DNA of 64,000 bases from an uncultured Gemmatimonadales bacterium (lineage in GTDB: Bacteria > Gemmatimonadota > Gemmatimonadetes > Gemmatimonadales > GWC2-71-9): NCBI GenBank assembly GCA_963843115.1, contig CAWJJB010000007.1:830773-894772 (forward strand), in the 5' to 3' direction. The notes under the pieces are model-generated. The model was not told where the DNA came from, made no database searches, and saw only the letters and a list, made by a program, of their open reading frames with translations. Below, one piece after another: positions 18,627 to 27,118 of the stretch. The number at the start of each line of letters is the position of its first letter. Position 1 is the stretch's first letter. The position numbers and the translations under genes are program-made.

Positions 18627-20381
18627 ATGCGCACGCATCGCTGCGGGGAGTTGGGGCGCGACCAGGTGGGGGAGACGGTGCGTCTCGGCGGGTGGGTCCA
18701 CCGCCGCCGGGACCTTGGCGGCCTCGTGTTCATCGACCTTCGGGACCGGGCTGGCATCGTGCAGCTCTCCTGCGACCCGCGCTGGACTCCGCCTGAGATC
18801 ATGGCGCGCGCCTCGGGAGCGGGGACCGAGTCGGTGGTGCTGGTGGAAGGCACCGTGGCACTGCGTCCTGAAATGGCCCGCGACACCTCCCTCGCCACCC
18901 GCGACATCGAAGTGCACGTTACCGGCCTGCGCGTAGTGGGCCCGGCGGTGACGCCTGCAATCCCGGTGGCGCGAAAGGAAGGGGAGGAGCTGCCCGCCGA
19001 GGAGCTTCGCCTCAAGAACCGCGTGCTCGACCTGCGCCGGCCCGAGTTGCAGGCGAGCCTGCTGCTCCGCCATCGGCTGGCCCAGCGAGCCCGCCACACG
19101 TTGAGCGACCTCGGCTTCCTGGAGATCGAGACCCCGATCCTCACCAAGCCCACTCCCGAAGGCGCTCGCGACTACCTCGTGCCCAGCCGCGTGCATGCGG
19201 GTGAGTTCTACGCGCTCCCGCAGTCGCCCCAGATCTACAAGCAGCTGCTGATGGTGGCGGGATACGATCGCTACTTCCAGATCGCGCGCTGTTTCCGTGA
19301 CGAGGACCTGAGGGCTGATCGCCAGCCCGAGTTTACCCAGATCGATCTCGAGGCGTCGTTCGTTTCGCAGGAGGACGTGCAGGGATACATCGAGGCGGTG
19401 CTGGTGGCGATGTGGGATGAGGCCGGCGAGTCGGTGGCCGTGCCGTTCCAGCGCCTCTCCTGGCACGACGCGATGGAGCGCTACGGCATCGACAAGCCCG
19501 ACCTGCGGTTCGGGTTCGAGATCCAGGACCTCACCTCGCAGGTGCAGCCGGATGCTGCCGTCTTCGTGCACGATGCCATTGCGAAGGGTGGACGCCTTCG
19601 CGGCATTCTTGCCGCAGGAACCGCTGGCGCGTCCCGGAAGGAAATCGATGCGCTCGCCACCGCGGCGAAGGAGGCGGGGGCTGGCGGGCTGATCTGGGCC
19701 CGGTATGCCTCGGGGGCGTGGGAGGGTCAGGGCGTCAAGGCGATCGGGGCCGCCACGCTGGAGCGCATGCGCGCCGCAGAAGGCGACTTGCTCCTGGCCG
19801 TTCCGGGTCCGGACCACGTCACATCGCCGGCACTGCACGCGGTGCGGACCCTGCTCACCAGGCGCCCGGGTGTCGCGCCGACGATGGCTCACGCGTTTTG
19901 CTGGGTGGTGGATTTCCCACTCTTCGAGAAGGATCCAGTCAGCGGAGAGAGAGTTTTCGTACACCACCCGTTTACGTCACCGCACGTGGACGACATCCCG
20001 CACCTCGACAGCGACCCGTTCCGCTGCCGCGCCCTGCACTATGATGCGGTGTACAATGGCAATGAGCTGGGCAGCGGGTCGATTCGTATTACCGATCCGG
20101 TGCTGCAGCAGAAGATCTTCGGGTTGCTGGGCATCAGCGACGACGAGATTCGCCGCCGGTTCGGGTTCCTGCTCGATGGACTGGCGGCCGGCGCGCCGCC
20201 GCATGGCGGCTTCGCCATCGGGTTCGATCGGGTCGCCATGCTGCTGTCGGGGGCATCCTCACTCCGCGACGTGATTGCGTTCCCGAAGACCACAGCGGCG
20301 CGGGCGTTGTTCGAAGGGGCGCCGACCGCCGTTGCGGAGCGAGAACTGGCGGCCCTACACCTTCAAGTGAGGCGCACTTGA
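18627..20381 (+). CDS. aspS: Aspartate--tRNA ligase
   Basis: MRTHRCGEL...GWVHRRRDLGGLVFIDLRDRAG, FYALPQSPQIYKQLLM, class II motifs (FRDEDLRADRQPEFTQID, GGFAIGFDR). Confidence 0.95.
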   Translation: MRTHRCGELGRDQVGETVRLGGWVHRRRDLGGLVFIDLRDRAGIVQLSCDPRWTPPEIMARASGAGTESVVLVEGTVALRPEMARDTSLATRDIEVHVTGLRVVGPAVTPAIPVARKEGEELPAEELRLKNRVLDLRRPELQASLLLRHRLAQRARHTLSDLGFLEIETPILTKPTPEGARDYLVPSRVHAGEFYALPQSPQIYKQLLMVAGYDRYFQIARCFRDEDLRADRQPEFTQIDLEASFVSQEDVQGYIEAVLVAMWDEAGESVAVPFQRLSWHDAMERYGIDKPDLRFGFEIQDLTSQVQPDAAVFVHDAIAKGGRLRGILAAGTAGASRKEIDALATAAKEAGAGGLIWARYASGAWEGQGVKAIGAATLERMRAAEGDLLLAVPGPDHVTSPALHAVRTLLTRRPGVAPTMAHAFCWVVDFPLFEKDPVSGERVFVHHPFTSPHVDDIPHLDSDPFRCRALHYDAVYNGNELGSGSIRITDPVLQQKIFGLLGISDDEIRRRFGFLLDGLAAGAPPHGGFAIGFDRVAMLLSGASSLRDVIAFPKTTAARALFEGAPTAVAERELAALHLQVRRT

Positions 20382-21331
20382 CCGACGACTCGTCCAACAA
20401 GCTGTCCGCCGAAGGCGCCGACCCGCTGCTGCTGGCCGGCGTGGGCGATGCCAACCTGCTCGAATTGCAGCGTTCGCTCGGCGTGCGCGTCGGGTTCCGG
20501 GGCGACACGCTCACGATCGGCGGAACCGTCGAGCAACTCGAGCGTGCGACGCCGGTGGTGCAGGGAATGATCGACCTGGCCCGCATGGGCGAGACGGTGA
20601 CACCGGAGGATGTGCAGCGCCTCGCATCCGACGGGCAGTTGCCCGAACTGGTCGCGACCGGCTCGGATGGGCGCATCGTGCTGCCGGGCATGCGGCGCGC
20701 GATCGTGCCCAAGACACCGGGGCAGCGCGAATACCTGAATACGATCCAGAAGAACGATATCGTCATCGGCATCGGCCCGGCGGGTACCGGCAAGACCTAC
20801 CTGGCGGTGGCCAAGGCAGTGGAAGCGCTCGCGCGGAAGCGGGTGAAGCGCATCATCCTGGCGCGCCCTGCGGTCGAGGCGGGCGAGTCGCTGGGATTCC
20901 TGCCGGGCGACCTGCAGGCGAAGGTGGATCCCTACCTTCGGCCGCTGTACGACGCGCTCGAGGACATGATGCCGGCCGATCGGGTGCAGCGGGCGCTCGA
21001 GAGCCGCACCATCGAGATTGCTCCCCTCGCCTACATGCGTGGTCGCACGCTCTCCGACGCGTTCATCATCCTCGACGAGGCCCAGAACGCGACCGGGGCC
21101 CAGATGAAGATGTTCCTCACGCGGCTGGGGACGAACAGCCATACGGTAGTCACTGGCGACAAAACCCAGATCGACCTGCCACACCGCGAGGATTCCGGGT
21201 TGATCCAGGTGGAGCGGATCCTTCCGGGCATCGACGGCATTGCCTTCTGCTACCTGAACGAGAGCGACGTGGTCCGCCACCGGCTGGTGCGCGAGATCAT
21301 CCGGGCATACGCCGAAGACCAGAGCGGGTAG
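20378..21331 (+). CDS. phoH: PhoH-family ATPase (YbeZ-like)
   Basis: P-loop GPAGTGKTYLAVA, ILARPAVEAGESLGFLPGD, and IILDEAQN. The TTG start overlaps the aspS stop (TTGA). Confidence 0.9.
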   Translation: MTDDSSNKLSAEGADPLLLAGVGDANLLELQRSLGVRVGFRGDTLTIGGTVEQLERATPVVQGMIDLARMGETVTPEDVQRLASDGQLPELVATGSDGRIVLPGMRRAIVPKTPGQREYLNTIQKNDIVIGIGPAGTGKTYLAVAKAVEALARKRVKRIILARPAVEAGESLGFLPGDLQAKVDPYLRPLYDALEDMMPADRVQRALESRTIEIAPLAYMRGRTLSDAFIILDEAQNATGAQMKMFLTRLGTNSHTVVTGDKTQIDLPHREDSGLIQVERILPGIDGIAFCYLNESDVVRHRLVREIIRAYAEDQSG

Positions 21332-21341
21332 AAATGACGCC

Positions 21342-21767
21342 GTGCCGCCAGGCCTGACCGATGTACGAGTGTCGGGTCGGCAACCGGCGCTTCCGGTCGC
21401 CACCGTACAGCGTGCGGTGCATGGCGTGCTGGAGGCCGAGCGCCGCACCGCGGAGATTTCCGTCACGTTCCTTGGCGCCGTCTCCATGCGCCGTCTCAAC
21501 AAGGAATATCTGGGCCACGATCGCGCGACCGACGTGATCAGTTTCGGCCTCACGGGACCTGGGGGCCTGGCGGGCGATGTGTACGTGTGCCGGGCGGTCG
21601 CGGCGCAGAATGCCAGGCGCCATGGCGTACCAGTCCGGCAGGAGCTCGTTCGGCTCGTCATTCACGGCACGTTGCACGTCCTCGGATACGACCATCCCGA
21701 CGGCGACCACCGCATCCGCTCGCCCATGTGGCGACGACAGGAGCGCTACGTGAAGAGGTTCGCCTGA
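21342..21767 (+). CDS. ybeY: rRNA maturation endoribonuclease YbeY
   Basis: HGTLHVLGYDH carries the zinc-binding H-x-x-x-H-x-x-x-x-x-H motif. Classic position after phoH. Confidence 0.9.
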   Translation: MPPGLTDVRVSGRQPALPVATVQRAVHGVLEAERRTAEISVTFLGAVSMRRLNKEYLGHDRATDVISFGLTGPGGLAGDVYVCRAVAAQNARRHGVPVRQELVRLVIHGTLHVLGYDHPDGDHRIRSPMWRRQERYVKRFA

Positions 21768-22945
21768 TGGCTGCACTGCAGTTGTTCCTGGCCCCGCTGC
21801 TGGCTGGCGTGTTCACGCTGTGGGCCGCCTGGCTTGCGCTGGCTGCCGAGTCCGAGGCGGAGTTGCCGCGGCTTTTTGCGGCGCGCCTGGACCAGGGGGG
21901 ACCGCTCCGCCTCGAGCGGACGCTGCATCTGGCGCATCTCATCCTCGTCGTGCTGGCCGGCGCCATGGCGGGTGGCGCCGTCGCCTGGTGGACGTATCCC
22001 CCGGTGACCGGTCTGGCGCGCCTCATGGCGGCGGTAGGCCTGGTGTGGGTCGTCGCCGACCTGCTGCCGCGCCTCATGGCATCCATTGCCCCTGAAGTGG
22101 CGCGGCCAGTCCAGCGCCTGGCGCTGCGCACCCTGGTGCCGTTCCAGCCCCTCTTCCGCGTCGTGGGGTGGGTGGAGCGCCGGGTGCGCCGGAGCGTGGG
22201 CGGAGACGAGGGCGCAGGGCACCTCGAGCGCGAGATGCTTGGTGGTGTCTTTGCGCTCGCCGAAACGATCGTCGCCGAGGTCATGACCCCGCGCATCGAC
22301 ATCATCGCCGTGGATGTGTCGATGGAGCGCGACCGGGTGCTCGACCTGCTGCGAAGCTCCGAGCACGCGCGCCTCATTGCCTTTGACGGCCATCCGGACA
22401 ACATCGCCGGGGTGCTCTACGCCAAGGATATGCTGAATGCGCTCGACAGCCATGCGGCCCCGGGGCAGTGGGCGGGGCTGATCCGGCCGGCGGCCTTCGT
22501 GCCGGAGGGCAAGACACTCGCCCGCCAGTTGCGCGACTTCAAGCGTGGCCCGAGTCACCTCGCGGTCGTCGTTGATGAGTTCGGCGGCACGGCGGGCATC
22601 GTGACGCTCGAGGACATCCTCGAGCAGATCGTGGGCGAGATTCAGGACGAGCACGACACGGACGAAGTGGCGCCGGTGCTGCAGCTCGACGAGACAAGCT
22701 GGCGGGTGCTGGGTGGCGTTGGTCTCACGGAACTCGAGGGATGGCTGGAGCACCAGTTTGCCCGGGAGGACGTGAGTACGGCAGGTGGACTCGTGCTGGC
22801 GGAGTTCGGTCGCGTACCGCGTCAAGGTGAGCGGGTGTCGGTCGATGGGTACGAATTCACGGTGGACCAGGTGGCACGGCGCCGGGTGCGCCGCCTCACG
22901 GTGCGGCGGCTGGAGCCGTCGGCATCGGTGGAGGCCGAACGATGA
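21767..22945 (+). CDS. CNNM/CorC-type protein (DUF21 membrane domain + CBS pair + CorC_HlyC)
   Basis: Hydrophobic N-terminal DUF21-like domain, VMTPRIDI, CBS pair, HLAVVVDEFGGTAGIVTLEDILEQIVGEI, and a C-terminal CorC_HlyC-like domain. The ATG overlaps the ybeY stop. Confidence 0.85.
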   Translation: MAALQLFLAPLLAGVFTLWAAWLALAAESEAELPRLFAARLDQGGPLRLERTLHLAHLILVVLAGAMAGGAVAWWTYPPVTGLARLMAAVGLVWVVADLLPRLMASIAPEVARPVQRLALRTLVPFQPLFRVVGWVERRVRRSVGGDEGAGHLEREMLGGVFALAETIVAEVMTPRIDIIAVDVSMERDRVLDLLRSSEHARLIAFDGHPDNIAGVLYAKDMLNALDSHAAPGQWAGLIRPAAFVPEGKTLARQLRDFKRGPSHLAVVVDEFGGTAGIVTLEDILEQIVGEIQDEHDTDEVAPVLQLDETSWRVLGGVGLTELEGWLEHQFAREDVSTAGGLVLAEFGRVPRQGERVSVDGYEFTVDQVARRRVRRLTVRRLEPSASVEAER

Positions 22946-24129
22946 CCTGGGCGGTGTTCGTGACTGGACTGCTCCTGGCCACCCTTGGCGCCACAGCGGG
23001 AAGCGCGCTGATCGCCACCAGCCGCACCGAGCTGGCGCGGTTTGCGGCAACGCAGCTCCGTGGCGGCGGCATGCCGGTGGCGCGCCTGGCGGAAGTGGAG
23101 CGGCTGCTCATCGCTGCCTCGTCCACCACCTCGCTTGGCGTGCTCCTGATGGGTGCGGCGCTGATCGGACTCCTCGCCGGCGCCGGGCGGCTGACGTCGC
23201 TGCTGGTGCTGCTGCTGGTGGGCGTCCCGGCCGTCGTCGCGGGCGGCTACCTCGTGCCGCGGCTGTTCGCCACCCGGCGCCCGGAGCAGGCGCTGCGCGC
23301 CACGCTGCCGGTGTTGCGCCCCTGGTCGGCCGTCCTTGCGCTCCTGTTGCCGGCCGATGGTCCGGGGTCCGAGTCGCGCTTCCGCGCCATCTTCCGGGGC
23401 GGGGTGGCCGTGGACCCCGACGCGTCGGGCGAACTGGAGCTGGTCGGCGGCGTGCTGTCGTTTGCGGAACGACCGGTGCGCGAGGTCATGAGCCCGCGCA
23501 CGGACATCGTCGCCATTGCGGAGGATGCGACCAGGGCCGAGATCAGCCAGGCCTTCGCACAGAGCGGGTACAGCCGCCTTCCGGTCTATCGCGGTACCCT
23601 CGACGAGATCGTGGGGATGCTGCACGCCTTCGACCTGTTCCGCCTGGAGCAGGGCGCGCCGCTGCCGGTCCGGCCGGTGGCCATGGCGCCTGCGAGTCGC
23701 GCATGCGGCGACCTCCTCATCGACATGCAGCGCGAGCGGCGCTTGATGGCGGTGGTGCTTGACGAATATGGCGGTACCGCCGGCATCGTCACGCTCGACG
23801 ACCTGCTCGAGTCCATCGTTGGCGAGATCGTGGACGACGATGAACCTGGCATCGCGGTCGGCGCGGGGCCTGGCGTGCTCGAGACCGATGGGAGCGCATC
23901 ACGCGAAGTGATCGAGGACCGGTTCGATACCCGGTTGCCGGCGGGGCAGTCGGCGTCGATCGGCGGCCTGCTGGTGGAACTGGCGGGTCGTATCCCGGTG
24001 GCAGGCGAGCGCTTCGTGGTGGCGGACCTCGAGTTCGATGTGGTGCAATCCTCACCCACCCGGGTGGAGCGGATTCTCATCCGTACCACGCCGCCTCCGG
24101 CGATCGTGCTGCATGGAGACAACGCGTGA
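22942..24129 (+). CDS. Second CNNM/CorC-type protein (tandem paralog)
   Basis: Same architecture as the preceding gene: VMSPRTDI, MAVVLDEYGGTAGIVTLDDLLESIVGEI. ATGA overlap with the preceding gene. Confidence 0.85.
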   Translation: MTWAVFVTGLLLATLGATAGSALIATSRTELARFAATQLRGGGMPVARLAEVERLLIAASSTTSLGVLLMGAALIGLLAGAGRLTSLLVLLLVGVPAVVAGGYLVPRLFATRRPEQALRATLPVLRPWSAVLALLLPADGPGSESRFRAIFRGGVAVDPDASGELELVGGVLSFAERPVREVMSPRTDIVAIAEDATRAEISQAFAQSGYSRLPVYRGTLDEIVGMLHAFDLFRLEQGAPLPVRPVAMAPASRACGDLLIDMQRERRLMAVVLDEYGGTAGIVTLDDLLESIVGEIVDDDEPGIAVGAGPGVLETDGSASREVIEDRFDTRLPAGQSASIGGLLVELAGRIPVAGERFVVADLEFDVVQSSPTRVERILIRTTPPPAIVLHGDNA

Positions 24130-25484
24130 GTGACGTCGCGGAGCGCGAGCGCGAGGAGACGGTGAGCGCGCTCGTGGGGCTGGTCCGCGACGGCCGGCTC
24201 GAGCGGTTTGCCGAGCGTGCGGCCGAACTCGAGCCCGCCGACCTTGCCGACGTCTTCGCCGCGCTCGAGGATCACGAGCGCGTCATTGCGGTGCAGGCAC
24301 TGCCGGCCGAGATCTCGAGCCAGGCCCTGATCGAGATGCCCGACGAGGAGCATGCCGGTGACACACTGGCCGCCCTCGATCCGGAGCAGGCTGCCGATAT
24401 CGTCGAGGAGCTCGCGGACGACGACGCCGCCGACCTGCTCGGCGAGCTCGAGCCGGCCGACCAGGCGCGAATTCTCTCCGAGGTGGAGGGCGTGGGCCGC
24501 GCCGAAGTCCAGAAGCTCCTGGTCTACGACGCGGAGAGTGCGGGCGGATTGATGACCACCCGCCTCGTGACCGTACCGGATACAGTGACGGTGGGCGAGG
24601 CCCTCGACGCGGTGCGACGGCAAACGGAGGAGGTGGAGGAGTTCTACGACGTCTTCGTGGTCGACGGGAGGCGGCACCTCGTGGGGGTCATTTCGTTCCG
24701 GGCACTGGCGGTGAGCTCGGCCGCACGAAGGGTCCGGGACGCCATGGAGGAGGTGGCCGCCACCGTGAGTCCGGAGGAGGACCAGGAGGAGGTTGCCCGG
24801 GTGATGGCCCGCTACAACCTCGCCAGCGTCCCGGTCGTGGACGTCGATGGACGCCTGCTTGGGTGCGTCACCTTCGATGACGTCTCGGACGTGGTGGAGG
24901 CCGAAAATACCGAGGACATCCTGCGCTTCGGCGGTGTGTCGGCCGGGGAGGAACTGAAGGGCGACTGGCAGGCGGCAGTCCGAAGCCGCCTCCCGTGGCT
25001 CATGGTGAACCTGGTAACCGCCTTTGTCGCCGGCGCTGTCGTGCTCTCGCAGCAGGACGTGATCGCAAAAGTCGTCCTGCTGGCCGCGTACATGCCGATC
25101 GTGGCAGGCATGGGGGGCAATGCCGGCACCCAGGCCCTTGCCGTGACAGTCCGCGGCCTCGCGGTCGGGGTGATCCCTCGGGACCAGGCCCTGCGCGTGG
25201 TGGTGAAGGAAATGACGGCGGGCCTGGTCAACGGCCTGGTGATCGGGACGATCGTGTGCGTCGTCGCCCTGCTGCTCGGCCATGGGACCAAGCTCGGCAT
25301 CGTCGTGTTCCTCGCGATGAGCGTCAACCTGTTCGTCGCCGGGTTCGCGGGGGCCTTCATCCCGATCCTGCTGGAACGCGTCGGGGTCGACCCCGCCATC
25401 GCCTCGTCGATTTTCGTGACCACGTTCACCGACGTCTGCGGGTTCTCGTTGCTTCTGGGTCTCGCCAGCGCCCTCCTGATCTGA
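24126..25484 (+). CDS. mgtE: Magnesium transporter MgtE
   Basis: N-domain acidic repeats, CBS pair, and membrane domain with PIVAGMGGNAGTQ and TDVCGF motifs. GTGA overlap upstream. Confidence 0.9.
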   Translation: MSDVAEREREETVSALVGLVRDGRLERFAERAAELEPADLADVFAALEDHERVIAVQALPAEISSQALIEMPDEEHAGDTLAALDPEQAADIVEELADDDAADLLGELEPADQARILSEVEGVGRAEVQKLLVYDAESAGGLMTTRLVTVPDTVTVGEALDAVRRQTEEVEEFYDVFVVDGRRHLVGVISFRALAVSSAARRVRDAMEEVAATVSPEEDQEEVARVMARYNLASVPVVDVDGRLLGCVTFDDVSDVVEAENTEDILRFGGVSAGEELKGDWQAAVRSRLPWLMVNLVTAFVAGAVVLSQQDVIAKVVLLAAYMPIVAGMGGNAGTQALAVTVRGLAVGVIPRDQALRVVVKEMTAGLVNGLVIGTIVCVVALLLGHGTKLGIVVFLAMSVNLFVAGFAGAFIPILLERVGVDPAIASSIFVTTFTDVCGFSLLLGLASALLI

Positions 25485-27118
25485 TGCGATCGCTGGTTAT
25501 TGTCGCGCAGCTGTCCCCGTTCGTCATCGCATTCCTGCGTGACCGGCGCCGGTTCATCGTGGTCGGTCGTCCCGCGAGGCGCACCGCCGAGGCGCACCAG
25601 CGCCGAGCCACTCGACTGGTCGATACCCTCGCCGCCCTGGGCCCGACCTTCGTCAAGCTGGGGCAGGTCTTTGCCTCGCGGGCAGACCTGCTGCCGGCGC
25701 CCTACCTGCTGGCCATGATGCGGCTCACGGACCAGGTGCCGCCGCTCGCGCCTGGCGTGGCGGAGCGGGTCATCGAGGAGGAACTGGGCGAGCCGGTCGC
25801 CGCCCACTTCGACGAATTCGACCCGGTACCGCTCGCAGCCGCGTCGCTGGGGCAGGTGCACCGGGCCCGCCACGGCGGGCGGCAGGTGGTCGTGAAGGTG
25901 CTGCGCCCCGGGGCCGAGGCCATGGTGCGCCGCGACCTCGACATTTCGTTCCGCCTCCTGTTCGTGCTCAGCCTGCTGTTTCCCAACCATCACATGCGGG
26001 CGCTCTCCGCGATCGTCAGCGAGTTCGCCAAGCGCATCGGCGACGAACTGGACTTCCGTGAGGAGGCCCGGAACGCCGAGACAATGCGGCGCAATTTCGC
26101 GGAGGAACCGAGGGTCGTGATCCCCGAGGTGGTGACCGCATTCACCCGCCGCCGCATGCTGGTGCTGGAGTATGTCGAGGGCACACGCATCGACCGGCTG
26201 CACGAGCGACTTGCCAGGCGCGACCTGCAACTCGACACGATCATGCGCACGATGGTCGAGGTGTACCTGAAGATGATGCTGGAGGACGGCTTCGTGCACG
26301 CCGATCCGCATCCCGGCAACCTGCTCATTGACCCGTCCGGCCGGCTGGTGCTGCTGGATTTCGGCATGGTGGTGCAGGTGGAGCAGGAGCTGCGAACCCG
26401 CCTGATCCAGACGGTGCTGGCGGTCGTGCGGCAGGATGTCGACGGCGTGATCAACGGTTTCTATGCCCTGGGGATCCTGGATCCCGACGTGGACCGCGGC
26501 ACGGTGCAGGACGCGGCCCGGCATCTCCTCAGCTCAGTGCGACAGGAGGATGCCACGCCACGGCATATCCAGCAGGTAGTGGAAGAGGTGCTGCAGACGT
26601 TCTACGAGTGGCCCCTCATGCTCCCGAGCGACCTGGTCTATTTCGGTCGTGCTGCTGTGCTGGTGGAGGGTGTGGCGCTTCGGTACGACTCGAACTTCAA
26701 CGTGGCAGGGGTGGCGGGCCCAGTCGTGGCGCACTTCGCCACCAGGCTGCTTGGCGGGGTGGCCGGGGAGGCACGGGCCCGTCTCACGGACTGGGGCACC
26801 GAACTGTCCACCGCTGTGCGCTCGCTCCGGGAGCTCCTGCGGCGCGTCGAGCGCGAGGAATTCCGCGTGCGCTGGCACCCGCGTGACACCATGGAGATGC
26901 AGCGCTTCCTCGCGCAGCAGGTGCGGCGCGCGCTGCTGGCATTCTTTGCCTTCACCTTCGGGCTCGTCAGTGTCATCATCTGGGCGGTGAGTCGTCGCCT
27001 CGAGGTGCTCCTGGTGGGGCTGACGGTGTCCTTCGGGATGTTCCTGGTAATCTTCCTGCTTCCCAGCCACCTGTTCCAGAATCCGCTGCGGTATCGTCGC
27101 TCCTGGCCGGAACGTTGA
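25484..27118 (+). CDS. ABC1/AarF/UbiB-family atypical kinase
   Basis: LGPTFVKLGQVFASRADLLP, AAASLGQVHRA, VVVKVLRPG, and HADPHPGNLL. C-terminal TM helices. The ATG overlaps the mgtE stop (TGATG). Confidence 0.85.
   Translation: MRSLVIVAQLSPFVIAFLRDRRRFIVVGRPARRTAEAHQRRATRLVDTLAALGPTFVKLGQVFASRADLLPAPYLLAMMRLTDQVPPLAPGVAERVIEEELGEPVAAHFDEFDPVPLAAASLGQVHRARHGGRQVVVKVLRPGAEAMVRRDLDISFRLLFVLSLLFPNHHMRALSAIVSEFAKRIGDELDFREEARNAETMRRNFAEEPRVVIPEVVTAFTRRRMLVLEYVEGTRIDRLHERLARRDLQLDTIMRTMVEVYLKMMLEDGFVHADPHPGNLLIDPSGRLVLLDFGMVVQVEQELRTRLIQTVLAVVRQDVDGVINGFYALGILDPDVDRGTVQDAARHLLSSVRQEDATPRHIQQVVEEVLQTFYEWPLMLPSDLVYFGRAAVLVEGVALRYDSNFNVAGVAGPVVAHFATRLLGGVAGEARARLTDWGTELSTAVRSLRELLRRVEREEFRVRWHPRDTMEMQRFLAQQVRRALLAFFAFTFGLVSVIIWAVSRRLEVLLVGLTVSFGMFLVIFLLPSHLFQNPLRYRRSWPER

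Noticed and set aside
24995-25483. N-terminal extension of the ABC1-kinase ORF
   Set aside because: It lies entirely inside mgtE in another frame and is Arg/Gly/Pro-rich. Family similarity starts at ATG 25484, which overlaps the mgtE stop.
18612-26524. Series of long antisense or alternative-frame ORFs (e.g. 18612-19967, 20363-21661, 23586-25283, 24812-26524)
   Set aside because: All lie opposite or out of frame to genes with strong family motifs (aspS, phoH, corC, mgtE, ABC1 kinase). Their compositions are Arg/Pro/Gly-rich, as expected when a GC-rich coding region is read off-frame.
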